A DNA stretch of 64,000 bases, from IMG/VR virus record IMGVR_UViG_3300034061_002899; one strand, written 5' to 3'. Made by a program: the position numbers and the translations under genes. Below, piece after piece: positions 8,036-16,860 of this stretch; the stretch's first letter is position 1; every line of letters begins with the position of its first letter. The stretch is from a virus. The notes under the pieces are model-generated. The model worked only from the letters and a program-made list of their open reading frames with translations. It did not search any database and was not told the origin of the DNA.

Positions 8036-9513
8036 TAGTGTTTCAATAGTAATGTAGATATGATGTTAGGATCATTAGCACTGATATCACCTTCACCAGG
8101 AGCAACAATAACATTGTACTTCATACCTGCAGGGATAGATTTGCGTTTAGCCATGTACTCATCATAGTTTAGAATACTGTTAGCACTTAGTCCATACTCT
8201 TTAGCAAGACGATTCTTTAGTTCAGGTAACTTGTTAGGTTGTACTTGCCATTGGCCTTCTGACCCCTTAACTAAGTTTTTCTTTTCGTCCTTAACTAACA
8301 AATCTTGGAACAAATCATCTGGAACAATGCGACTATTCTTAGTTGTATCTAAGTTAGCATCTTTGGCTTTGACTTGCTTCTCTTGTCCTGTATTAGCACC
8401 TTCACTCCAGTTGATAATGAAGTTAGGTGGTTTCTGACCTAGCGCGGCACCAGCCATCTTTGTATACGCATAGAACTTAGTATCAGGATGCTTTGCAGCC
8501 ATCTTCAATGCTAAATCTAAGTATTCTGGGCTAAAGAAGTCACCAGCATCATGCCAACGAATGGTTACTGTATAACCACCCTTCTGACCTAATTTTTCTT
8601 CTTTGGCAATTTCACTGCTTAGTTGACTGAAGAAACCATCTGGGTCATTCAATAGATATGTTAGTATACGACCATCACTCTGCCAAGCGGCTTTGAACTG
8701 AACTTTACCACCCTTCATGGCAAAACAATCTATTTTACATGAACCAGCTCCTGGGCATGTATTAACAATGATTAGTTTGTTTGTATCTTCATCCAATGCG
8801 ATACCAGTCAATGCCGCAAAGCCAACGTTAAAGAACTGTTCTAATTCACCGTTACTATGCTTCATCTTTTCGTTTTGCTTTAATAATGCTTTTGGTCTTT
8901 GTGCCAATGCTTGTTTGATTTTATCTTCATTATATGTTTGACCATCAGGACCTAAATATTCAATCACACTACTACGATGTATGTAAGGCATTTTATATCT
9001 GTCTGTCTTTGTTTTACCAGACACATACTTTTCATTGCCCTTCTTGTCAGTCTTAACATTACCTTGTTTATCAACATCAGGAGTACCAATGATACGTTTC
9101 ATGTAGTCTTGGAACTCGTCACCACCAAACTCACGGCTACTTGCTGGTAGTTTAGTTGCTTCATCTAATCCAGATAGTTTGCGAATTCTGTCTAAACCTT
9201 CTGCTACGCTTTTGCCCAACACTTGTTGAACTAGTAGTTCGGGAGCAAAATCCATGTCACCGGCTAATTCTCTTGCCGCTGCCAATACTGCTTCTCTAGT
9301 TGGTTGTAGTCTTCTTTCTTCAACATCACGGCGCAACTTCATTATAAGAGATTGTGCATCATAACCTAAATCACGAACTCCCTCGTCAACTTCTTTTTCA
9401 CCGGGCATATCACCAGCTTTAGCAACGAATTGCTGAGGTGTCATAATTTGTATGCCACTCGGTGCTCCGGGCATTTTTGGCTCTGCGCCTTCAAATAGTT
9501 CTTTAAAATTCAT
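8035..9513 (-). CDS. modular protein with C-terminal Gp88-like (radical-SAM-related) domain
   Basis: TCPGAGSCKIDCFAMKG (CX4CX3C), IRWHDAGDF, FYAYTK; MNFKELFE leader. Confidence 0.7.
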   Translation of the reverse strand: MNFKELFEGAEPKMPGAPSGIQIMTPQQFVAKAGDMPGEKEVDEGVRDLGYDAQSLIMKLRRDVEERRLQPTREAVLAAARELAGDMDFAPELLVQQVLGKSVAEGLDRIRKLSGLDEATKLPASSREFGGDEFQDYMKRIIGTPDVDKQGNVKTDKKGNEKYVSGKTKTDRYKMPYIHRSSVIEYLGPDGQTYNEDKIKQALAQRPKALLKQNEKMKHSNGELEQFFNVGFAALTGIALDEDTNKLIIVNTCPGAGSCKIDCFAMKGGKVQFKAAWQSDGRILTYLLNDPDGFFSQLSSEIAKEEKLGQKGGYTVTIRWHDAGDFFSPEYLDLALKMAAKHPDTKFYAYTKMAGAALGQKPPNFIINWSEGANTGQEKQVKAKDANLDTTKNSRIVPDDLFQDLLVKDEKKNLVKGSEGQWQVQPNKLPELKNRLAKEYGLSANSILNYDEYMAKRKSIPAGMKYNVIVAPGEGDISANDPNIISTLLLKH

Positions 9514-10940
9514 AGTATTTCTTTCCTAGCTTTAGCTACCATTTGTTCGGCAAGCATTAGTAATTCTTCCATCTGCTCAATGGATTCACAATTCCATCTA
9601 CGTAAACTCTTATTAATATTGCTATTTGGATCTCTTGCTGTCTTGGCACTTGTTCTACTTTTCTTCATACCTTTCATTCTAGCACAGAATGACTTACGGC
9701 GTTTAGCGGCTTTACTACCCTTTTTAAGTTTGCTAGGTTTAGTAGTTACTGCTGTTTGAATCTTGCTACCAGGGTGACTGCGGCGATAACTACTCACAGA
9801 TTTTTTGCTCATCCCGCCAACACGTTTGTTATTGTGCTTTGACCAATTCTCACCTTCATTTGTTGCCATTTCACCATCATCACTATGACCATAATATGCG
9901 GCTACTTTTTGTAAATCAGCAGAATTTCTAGCATTGAGATAATCAGTTACTAAATCGTGAATTTGATTTCTTTGTTCCATTGGTGGAGGTAATTCTATTT
10001 CACCTTCACTGGCATCAGCAATATGTGCGGCACCGGGGCTATCTAAGAACCAGATTTCATCATCTTCATCCCATTCTAATCCCCATTTGTCTATTGTTGC
10101 AGTTAACACATAGTTATTGGTAGTACCTACTACAAACTTGTTACCACCTATATAACGTGAACTAGTAGGTTTACCATAATCTTTTGGTCCGCCACCACCG
10201 CCTGTGGGAGGCTTATTAGGAGCAAATTCATTTAGCTCGCCTTCACTTTTAGGTTTCTGATGATGTTTTTTCATATTGATAGCAATAGCGGCTTGTTGTG
10301 CTGGGTTTGCGGCTTCCCCCACACCTTTATTTCTGCCGGCCATTTGAATTACTATTAATGGTACTCTATTATCATCTTTGTCACCGCTATGTGTTATTCT
10401 ATTATATTCTTTTACTTTTAGTGCTACTGTATCGGGATCCATAACCTCTTTACTTATCACCTCATATCTAGTACCCGGTTCAAGCCCAGCTTTTTTTAAA
10501 TCGTCTATATGAATAGGTGTACCAGTGCCACTACCATCTGCATATGTTACGCTTTTTTTTAACCATCCGGGTTGAGGTTTTGTACTAATATACACAATGC
10601 CTCCTGAATCCACACCCGCATAAATATAATCAGGTAAATGCAGAATGCTCTGTAAATTTTTATTTGGATATGTTTTAAAATATTTTGTTACTACTGAACT
10701 AGTGTTCGTGTAGTCATCTATTTTTTGTTTTTGAATTTCTACTGCTTCTTCTTCAGATCCAACTTCAACCTCAGGAAAAAGTTTTGTTATATTAGTAACT
10801 TGGTTACCATTTCTATCACCCACCCAGGCTTTAGCAGTGTTGGAATTTTTAAGCGTAAATGCTTTAATAACATAGCCTTTATATGGCAATTCTACACCCT
10901 CATTTAACACATTTTCAATTAAAAATTCGTTTGCTCTCAT
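9510..10940 (-). CDS. modular putative internal virion protein, C-terminal basic DUF6321-like domain
   Basis: MRANEFLIE leader; RRKSFCARM...DPNSNINKSLRRWNC; several xxE-G/A linkers. Confidence 0.65.
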   Translation of the reverse strand: MRANEFLIENVLNEGVELPYKGYVIKAFTLKNSNTAKAWVGDRNGNQVTNITKLFPEVEVGSEEEAVEIQKQKIDDYTNTSSVVTKYFKTYPNKNLQSILHLPDYIYAGVDSGGIVYISTKPQPGWLKKSVTYADGSGTGTPIHIDDLKKAGLEPGTRYEVISKEVMDPDTVALKVKEYNRITHSGDKDDNRVPLIVIQMAGRNKGVGEAANPAQQAAIAINMKKHHQKPKSEGELNEFAPNKPPTGGGGGPKDYGKPTSSRYIGGNKFVVGTTNNYVLTATIDKWGLEWDEDDEIWFLDSPGAAHIADASEGEIELPPPMEQRNQIHDLVTDYLNARNSADLQKVAAYYGHSDDGEMATNEGENWSKHNNKRVGGMSKKSVSSYRRSHPGSKIQTAVTTKPSKLKKGSKAAKRRKSFCARMKGMKKSRTSAKTARDPNSNINKSLRRWNCESIEQMEELLMLAEQMVAKARKEIL

Positions 10941-10958
10941 GTTAGTTCCCGTAAATAG

Positions 10959-10987
10959 TTGACTTTATTGCGTAGGTATGCTACACT
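10959..10987 (+). promoter_or_regulatory. sigma70 promoter for uvsE
   Basis: TTGACT-17bp-TACACT with TG extension. Confidence 0.6.
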
Positions 10988-10995
10988 ATATCTAT

Positions 10996-11001
10996 TATTT
11001 A
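10996..11001 (-). promoter_or_regulatory. late-type promoter (TAAATA) for the 10940-5379 operon
   Basis: GATAAATA on minus strand upstream of 10940. Confidence 0.5.
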
Positions 11002-11017
11002 TCATTTTGGTCTATCT

Positions 11018-12046
11018 ATGTACACAAATCAGTCAGTCAAACGTATCGGTTTTGCTTGCAAATGGGCAGAAATTAACAAGAAGGGTGAGATTGTTTCAGC
11101 CGAAGGTCTTAACACAGGTGGTACAACTCATGCTTGGGCAAAGCGTAATAGTCGTAGTGTCGTAGAAGAAAAGATTATGGATGTTGCTAAACGCAATATT
11201 CTAAATACACATGCACTTGTTAAGAAAGTTGCAACACTTGATCCACAATTGCGTATGTTGCGTCTTACTAGCGATATGCTCAGTTTCTACACTATGGATG
11301 AGTACAAAGACTTTTGGCAATCAACTGATGTACAAAACAGTTTACAACGATGGTTCGCACCGATCGGTGAAACTGCTAGGGCTAATGATGTTCGTCTAAG
11401 TTTTCACCCCGATCAATTTGTAGTTTTAGCAAGTGACCGTGAAGAAGTAGTAAATAAGAGTATAGATGAATTTGAATATCATTGTGACATGGCTCGTTGG
11501 ATGGGCTATGGTCAGAAGTTTCAAGATATGAAAATCAATGTTCACATCTCTGGTCGCAAAGGTCCTCAGGGCATCAGAGATGTTTATAATAGACTTAGCC
11601 CCGAGGCACGAAACACACTTACATTAGAGAATGAGGAATACACACATGGACTTACAGACTGCTTATCATTATCTGACCTCGTACCTACGGTCATGGACAT
11701 TCACCATCACTGGATTCGTGAAGGAGAATATATTTCCCCCAATGATGACAGGGTTAAAAAAGTTATTGATAGTTGGCGCGGTATTAGGCCTACTTTACAT
11801 TACTCCGTCAGCCGTGAGGACGTACTTGTCGGCCATTCCGGATCACAGTTACCCAATCATGGTGCGTTGATTGAATCGGGATACAGTAAGCAAAAACTTC
11901 GGGCACATAGTGATTACTATTGGAACGAAGCGGTGAACGATTGGGCATTGACATTCATTGATAATTTTGATATGATGTGCGAATCGAAGGCAAAGAATCT
12001 TGCCAGCTTTAAATTATTAGAGAGATATAAATGTTTGACAAAATAA
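11018..12046 (+). CDS. uvsE: UV-damage endonuclease
   Basis: RIGFAC, RLSFHPDQF, LENEE, DIHHH, HSDY, CESKAK. Confidence 0.9.
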   Translation: MYTNQSVKRIGFACKWAEINKKGEIVSAEGLNTGGTTHAWAKRNSRSVVEEKIMDVAKRNILNTHALVKKVATLDPQLRMLRLTSDMLSFYTMDEYKDFWQSTDVQNSLQRWFAPIGETARANDVRLSFHPDQFVVLASDREEVVNKSIDEFEYHCDMARWMGYGQKFQDMKINVHISGRKGPQGIRDVYNRLSPEARNTLTLENEEYTHGLTDCLSLSDLVPTVMDIHHHWIREGEYISPNDDRVKKVIDSWRGIRPTLHYSVSREDVLVGHSGSQLPNHGALIESGYSKQKLRAHSDYYWNEAVNDWALTFIDNFDMMCESKAKNLASFKLLERYKCLTK

Positions 12047-12462
12047 AGAACTTATTCAAAAAGCCAGAACCTGTAAAGCCTGTACAGGCAAAGAAACCTC
12101 GTCAGCCTAAGAAGAAAAAAGAAGATAGCGTTCTATCTGATAAAGAAAAGGCAACCAAAGAAGGATTGCCTTATGTTAATATTCTTAAGATGGAACTTGA
12201 TCCATATGATATTAATACGGGCGCATTCGAACTTGACTTTAATGATAAGTTTGTGTTAAACTTGATTCGTGCAGGATATAAAATACGTGAAGATGATACT
12301 GATACAATTATTGTAGATCGTTGGTTTCAAACAGTATGTCGTAATGTAGCACTAGAACTCTATGAGCAACAGCAGGCCGATCCGGAGAATCGGGCAATGG
12401 CTACGGACATGCGTGTGGTTCGTGCTAAGGACCTTGGTGATGGTAGAACAGAGGTAAGTTGA
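12031..12462 (+). CDS. hypothetical phage protein
   Basis: Full-length ORF overlapping uvsE end; GAFELDFND motif. Confidence 0.7.
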   Translation: MFDKIKNLFKKPEPVKPVQAKKPRQPKKKKEDSVLSDKEKATKEGLPYVNILKMELDPYDINTGAFELDFNDKFVLNLIRAGYKIREDDTDTIIVDRWFQTVCRNVALELYEQQQADPENRAMATDMRVVRAKDLGDGRTEVS

Positions 12463-12494
12463 AATAGTGTTGTAAAAATACAACAATCCAAAAT

Positions 12495-12540
12495 TTGACA
12501 ATAAATCCAATTGGCTATATAATAGAATCTTAGACAGTTA
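12495..12540 (+). promoter_or_regulatory. early promoter repeat copy 1
   Basis: TTGACA-ATAAATCCAATTGGCTA-TATAAT-AGAATCTTAGACAGT. Confidence 0.85.
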
Positions 12541-12662
12541 GATAACGGTCTAAAAAGAGAAAAAAATTCGGGAAACTGAATACTGTACAATAATTCAATC
12601 ATGTGTTATAGTACATACATCTACTGAGATGAGGACAACTAAGTTGAATTCTACTCAGGGAT

Positions 12663-12684
12663 AACAGGTAAAACTGTTTTTTTT
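12663..12684 (+). terminator. weak intrinsic terminator/attenuator
   Basis: AACAG-GTAAAA-CTGTT followed by T-run. Confidence 0.4.
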
Positions 12685-12721
12685 GTTAGTTAATTTTTTT
12701 TATATGAACCAAAGGAAATAT

Positions 12722-13330
12722 ATGACAGATAGTTTTTTGATTGCAACGGCTGTGAATCATTCTAAGCAGACCGCAACCGCAACTGTAGTAGATGAGTTGG
12801 CACTACCAAATGGTGCATCAATCGTTACTAAACCCAGTGGTGAATTCTTACGCTGGACTCACCCCAACGGCACTTACAAAGAGGTGCCTATCGTGTTCAA
12901 AGGATTAGATGGTCAACGGGCCAATCGTTTGAAACATACATTGTTGGACAACTACTATCTTGCAGGTTATGATTGTAGTAACCCCAAACCTCTACGTGCT
13001 AGAGTGCTTGATGAGCCCAACAATCACATCCTTAAGGTATTTTTGTGCCCACTCACAATGATGGTACATATCTGTAGCCGAGATTCCAATGATCCAAGGT
13101 ACATGAAAGGCATTGATTGGTCTACTATGACTGTGAAGTGGCCGTGTGATGAGGACGCAGGTACCTATCACATCGTTAAGTTTGGTTTGTCCAAAGACGA
13201 AGGTGAAGAACTGAAGCGTCAACTGTATGCACAATACGTTGAAATGGGTTACACTAAAGTATCTGCTAGGGATCAAGTGCCGAAGTATGTTAGTAAGGCA
13301 CGTGACATCAGCAAACAATTTGCTGTTTAA
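12722..13330 (+). CDS. hypothetical protein
   Basis: AAGGA SD then ATG 12722 (MTDSFL). Confidence 0.7.
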   Translation: MTDSFLIATAVNHSKQTATATVVDELALPNGASIVTKPSGEFLRWTHPNGTYKEVPIVFKGLDGQRANRLKHTLLDNYYLAGYDCSNPKPLRARVLDEPNNHILKVFLCPLTMMVHICSRDSNDPRYMKGIDWSTMTVKWPCDEDAGTYHIVKFGLSKDEGEELKRQLYAQYVEMGYTKVSARDQVPKYVSKARDISKQFAV

Positions 13331-13345
13331 CAAAGGAATACAACA

Positions 13346-13516
13346 ATGAGAAACTATACTACTGTTTCCGAACAATTACAATGTTTACAATCCGAATTGC
13401 AAGGAGTGCTACTTGACGTTGAATACGGCGACGGCTTTGACGAGGTCTGCTATAACACAATCATGCGTGTATATAACGAATTGAACAATCTTTCACAACA
13501 AACTAAAGGACACTAA
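13346..13516 (+). CDS. 56-aa hypothetical protein (not in ORF track)
   Basis: AAGGA SD; MRNYTTVSEQLQCL...TKGH. Confidence 0.6.
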   Translation: MRNYTTVSEQLQCLQSELQGVLLDVEYGDGFDEVCYNTIMRVYNELNNLSQQTKGH

Positions 13517-13518
13517 TC

Positions 13519-14748
13519 ATGGCTACTAATCAAAAAGTTATTTTGAAATATACTAAACCCAAAGTATTGAAATACAATAAATCACTTATACATCGGCTTC
13601 TTAGAAAAAAGAACGAGTACAGTACTACGAATGCTATGGACAGACTACATGAATTTTTAAATAGTGATAGAGTACAGGTACAAAAACATTTTGACCAATT
13701 AAAAAAAGAAGGTAAAATGTATAGCCGAAAACAAAGAGTTAAATTTGAATTAGTAAAAATAAAAGATATTAACATCGATGATGATATTCAGCGTGAATTG
13801 GATCACGGTCATGTATTAAAAATAGGTGATCCTGACACATTTGCAGTTCCCTTTATGTCTGTGATTACTGGAAGTAAGGATTCAAGTGGCAAGTACCATT
13901 CAAGCAATGGTCAGCATACATTGATATATGAGGCGGCCCTTGATTATCATGGTCTTTGGTATGATTACGACGGTGAGGTAGAAGAATTAACAGTACCTTT
14001 TGTATACATTGAAACCGATGACCGGTCAATTTTGCGATATGATTGGTATGTTCGCAATGGTATGGCAAGTAAGAAGCCACAACCCTATGACCATCATCGT
14101 GTTGAAGTTTTGTGCTGGCGAGTAGATGATAAAACAGATCAAAAATATAAAAATGCTCACCTAATACAAAAGGTATGTGAGGAAGAGGGTTATGAACCTA
14201 TTAGTGAATTTGATTTTGAAAACATAGATCATCCCAAAGCAATCAAAGCAGTGGATCAAATGCGTAAATATGCAAAAACTTCTGAAAAACGTGACGCTTG
14301 GCGTTTTATGTTGAGAACTCATGCTCAGAATTTCCCTAATCGTCAAATCCATCAGATGGAGATTACTCTGTTCTGTGAACTATACAAGTATATGTCTAAT
14401 ATAGAGGGGGTTGATGTTTATAGTAATAGTTTTCAAAAGGATTTTATGGAGCCTTTTATTGCTATTATGCAAACTTTTTTCAAGGGCGGTCCTGATAATT
14501 TAGCAAGCGAAAGCACAGTTACCTATACGAAATGGTTTGCTGCCGAGTGGAATCTTGACCCTTCTACAGATGAAATAGGGGTAGACAAGTTTGCTTCACT
14601 TGTATTAATGTTAAAGTTATATGTTGTCCTAGGAGGTACCCACAAGGTTCCGGATATTGTTAACAATTTCAAGAGTCCTAAATCAGGAGATTTATTGAAA
14701 TACCTTTCAAAGTCTATTACTCAAGATTTGAAAAAATATGTCAAATAA
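13519..14748 (+). CDS. ParB-like (DGQH-type) N-terminal domain protein
   Basis: INIDDDIQRELD...SSNGQHT resembles QR/DGQHR motifs. Confidence 0.55.
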   Translation: MATNQKVILKYTKPKVLKYNKSLIHRLLRKKNEYSTTNAMDRLHEFLNSDRVQVQKHFDQLKKEGKMYSRKQRVKFELVKIKDINIDDDIQRELDHGHVLKIGDPDTFAVPFMSVITGSKDSSGKYHSSNGQHTLIYEAALDYHGLWYDYDGEVEELTVPFVYIETDDRSILRYDWYVRNGMASKKPQPYDHHRVEVLCWRVDDKTDQKYKNAHLIQKVCEEEGYEPISEFDFENIDHPKAIKAVDQMRKYAKTSEKRDAWRFMLRTHAQNFPNRQIHQMEITLFCELYKYMSNIEGVDVYSNSFQKDFMEPFIAIMQTFFKGGPDNLASESTVTYTKWFAAEWNLDPSTDEIGVDKFASLVLMLKLYVVLGGTHKVPDIVNNFKSPKSGDLLKYLSKSITQDLKKYVK

Positions 14749-15238
14749 ACGTCAACTACCTGAGTTTCAATTCTTTTATATTATTGAAACTGCACATCAC
14801 TTCTTGCATGACGGTAAACCGGTGCGTCGTTTAGGTTATGGTATCACTATAGGACCCAAAAAACGTTTAAGTCAATATGCTGACCATAGTGGAGGAGAAC
14901 AAGAATTTGTTCATATTCTTTACGGTGATTATAGACAACAAACTAGTTTGGAAAATATTGTCAAGGAAAAACTAGCTAGTAAAACCGCTTTTATTTACGG
15001 AGAACCGGTTGAATGGTTAAGTTTTGATAGCGGTATGACAGTACAATCACTGTATAATTTAATTTTGGATATAGTTGATTCGGAATCATATGATATTTTT
15101 TCTGTGAAAAATATTTATCTGCCTTTCAATAATAGTACTCGCCACAAAAAAATGACCAATTACAATGTTAAAAATAACCCTTTGCAATATTTGGATATTA
15201 GTGAAGTGCCTAGTTGTCTCATAGACCATAATATTTGA
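14738..15238 (+). CDS. GIY-YIG/T5orf172-like protein
   Basis: FFYIIET..LGYGIT..KRLSQY..LE..EW. Confidence 0.5.
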   Translation: MSNKRQLPEFQFFYIIETAHHFLHDGKPVRRLGYGITIGPKKRLSQYADHSGGEQEFVHILYGDYRQQTSLENIVKEKLASKTAFIYGEPVEWLSFDSGMTVQSLYNLILDIVDSESYDIFSVKNIYLPFNNSTRHKKMTNYNVKNNPLQYLDISEVPSCLIDHNI

Positions 15239-15263
15239 TTTAATCTAAATAGTAGTATATAAT
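15235..15263 (+). promoter_or_regulatory. sigma70 promoter, 6 nt before the RNase H ATG
   Basis: TTGATT-17bp-TATAAT. Confidence 0.65.
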
Positions 15264-15269
15264 AGACAC

Positions 15270-16268
15270 ATGAAATACGCACTTATTGACACAGCTAACA
15301 CATTCTTCCGTGCCCGTCACATTGCATCACGTAATAGTGATACATGGGAAAAGATCGGCATGGCCCTTCACTTAACATTAGCAAGCACTAATCAAATCGT
15401 TCGCAAGTTTGGAATCGATCACGTTGTATTTTGCTTAGAAGGTCGTAGCTGGCGTAAGAGCTTCTATGAGCCATACAAGAAAAATCGTATTGTTGATACA
15501 TTATCACAGACAGAAGCAGAGATTGAAGAAAACGAAATGTTCTGGGATACGTATGAGAAGTTTACAACTTTTCTACGTGAGAAAACTAATGTTAGCGTTT
15601 TGCGACATGCTGAGGCTGAAGCTGATGACTTAATCGCACGTTTTGTTCACTTGCATCCCGATGACGAACATTTTATTATCAGTAGTGATAGTGACTATGT
15701 TCAATTGATTAACGAGAACGTGAAACAATATAACGGTGTAGCTAATCAATTAATCACACTTGATGGTTACTTTGACGATAAGGGTAAGATTGTCAAAGAT
15801 AAGAAAACTAAAGAACCCAAACTGTTAGAGGATCCTCAATATTTGCTATTCAAAAAATGTATGCGGGGCGACGGTACTGACAATGTGTTTAGTGCTTATC
15901 CAGGTGTACGTGAGAAAGGTAGCAAGAATAAAGTTGGCTTGATTGAAGCATACGCTGATAGACATAAGCAAGGCTTTGATTGGAACAATCTAATGCTACA
16001 ACGTTGGACTGACCACAATGAAGTGGAACATCGTGTACGTGAAGATTATGAACGTAATCGTATCTTAATTGATTTGACTGCACAACCACAAGAAATCAAA
16101 GATAAGGTTGATACAACTATTCGTGAGGGTGTGCGTATAACTACTACCCCTCAAGTTGGTATTCACTTTATGAGATTTTGTGGTAAGTATGATTTGACTA
16201 AGATTAGCGAACAAGCCGAGACTTATGCTAAATGGTTAAACAGTCCCTATACTGGTTCATTGGTATGA
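15270..16268 (+). CDS. rnh: T4 RNase H-like 5'-3' exonuclease/flap endonuclease
   Basis: LIDTAN, YKKNR, EADD, SSDSD, GDGTDN. Confidence 0.88.
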   Translation: MKYALIDTANTFFRARHIASRNSDTWEKIGMALHLTLASTNQIVRKFGIDHVVFCLEGRSWRKSFYEPYKKNRIVDTLSQTEAEIEENEMFWDTYEKFTTFLREKTNVSVLRHAEAEADDLIARFVHLHPDDEHFIISSDSDYVQLINENVKQYNGVANQLITLDGYFDDKGKIVKDKKTKEPKLLEDPQYLLFKKCMRGDGTDNVFSAYPGVREKGSKNKVGLIEAYADRHKQGFDWNNLMLQRWTDHNEVEHRVREDYERNRILIDLTAQPQEIKDKVDTTIREGVRITTTPQVGIHFMRFCGKYDLTKISEQAETYAKWLNSPYTGSLV

Positions 16269-16280
16269 CGGACAAATATC

Positions 16281-16630
16281 AAGAACATTTTGGAGTTGAA
16301 GTATGAACGATAATATTAAAGCAGGTGCAGACCTCAACGCAGGTGATGGTGGTTATAGTCTAGGCACTAAAGAAAAGTATGATGAATTTGTCAGGGGCCG
16401 TAATCAATCATTAGGTAAAATGAGAATCCGAGAACTTGCTGAACAGGCTACAACTTATATTGAGCCAACATCTAATAGTGGCGAAGGCTGGATCTTTGAC
16501 AAGGAAAAGTTCGCCGAGTTGATTGTGAGAGAATGTGGAGAAATTGCCTACAAAGCGTATTGGAATAATCCCGAAACAGTTAGAGGCGTACACATTCAAG
16601 AAAAGATTAAAGAACATTTTGGAGTTGAAG
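16281..16630 (+). repeat. 21-bp direct repeat AAGAACATTTTGGAGTTGAAG (16281-16301 and 16610-16630)
   Basis: Exact copies, each followed by (T/A)ATGA. Confidence 0.85.
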
Positions 16631-16635
16631 AATGA
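16303..16635 (+). CDS. FAELIVREC/EHFGVEE family protein
   Basis: IRELAEQA..EKFAELIVREC..IKEHFGVEE. Confidence 0.75.
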   Translation: MNDNIKAGADLNAGDGGYSLGTKEKYDEFVRGRNQSLGKMRIRELAEQATTYIEPTSNSGEGWIFDKEKFAELIVRECGEIAYKAYWNNPETVRGVHIQEKIKEHFGVEE

Positions 16636-16859
16636 AATTCACTACTACTGGTACAACTTTTAAAGAAATCAATCAAGGTGATCCAGACTTTATGATGAAT
16701 GATGGTATCAAATTAGTACCACGAGCTGCCATTAAGATTAGCCAACGATGCCCAAGTAATTATGCAAGTTTGATTGCTGAATGTATGAATCACGGTTGGA
16801 TCAAACCCGTCGCACATGTTAAAGAATCAGATTATGTTTGGGAAAAGGTAGGAGAATAA
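16632..16859 (+). CDS. hypothetical protein
   Basis: ATGA coupling, GGAG SD. Confidence 0.7.
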   Translation: MKFTTTGTTFKEINQGDPDFMMNDGIKLVPRAAIKISQRCPSNYASLIAECMNHGWIKPVAHVKESDYVWEKVGE

Positions 16860-16860
16860 A

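Noticed and set aside
12658-12668. GGGATAACAGG match to the 23S rRNA peptidyl-transferase region / I-SceI site
   Set aside because: Only 11 nt with no flanking rRNA similarity; compatible with chance
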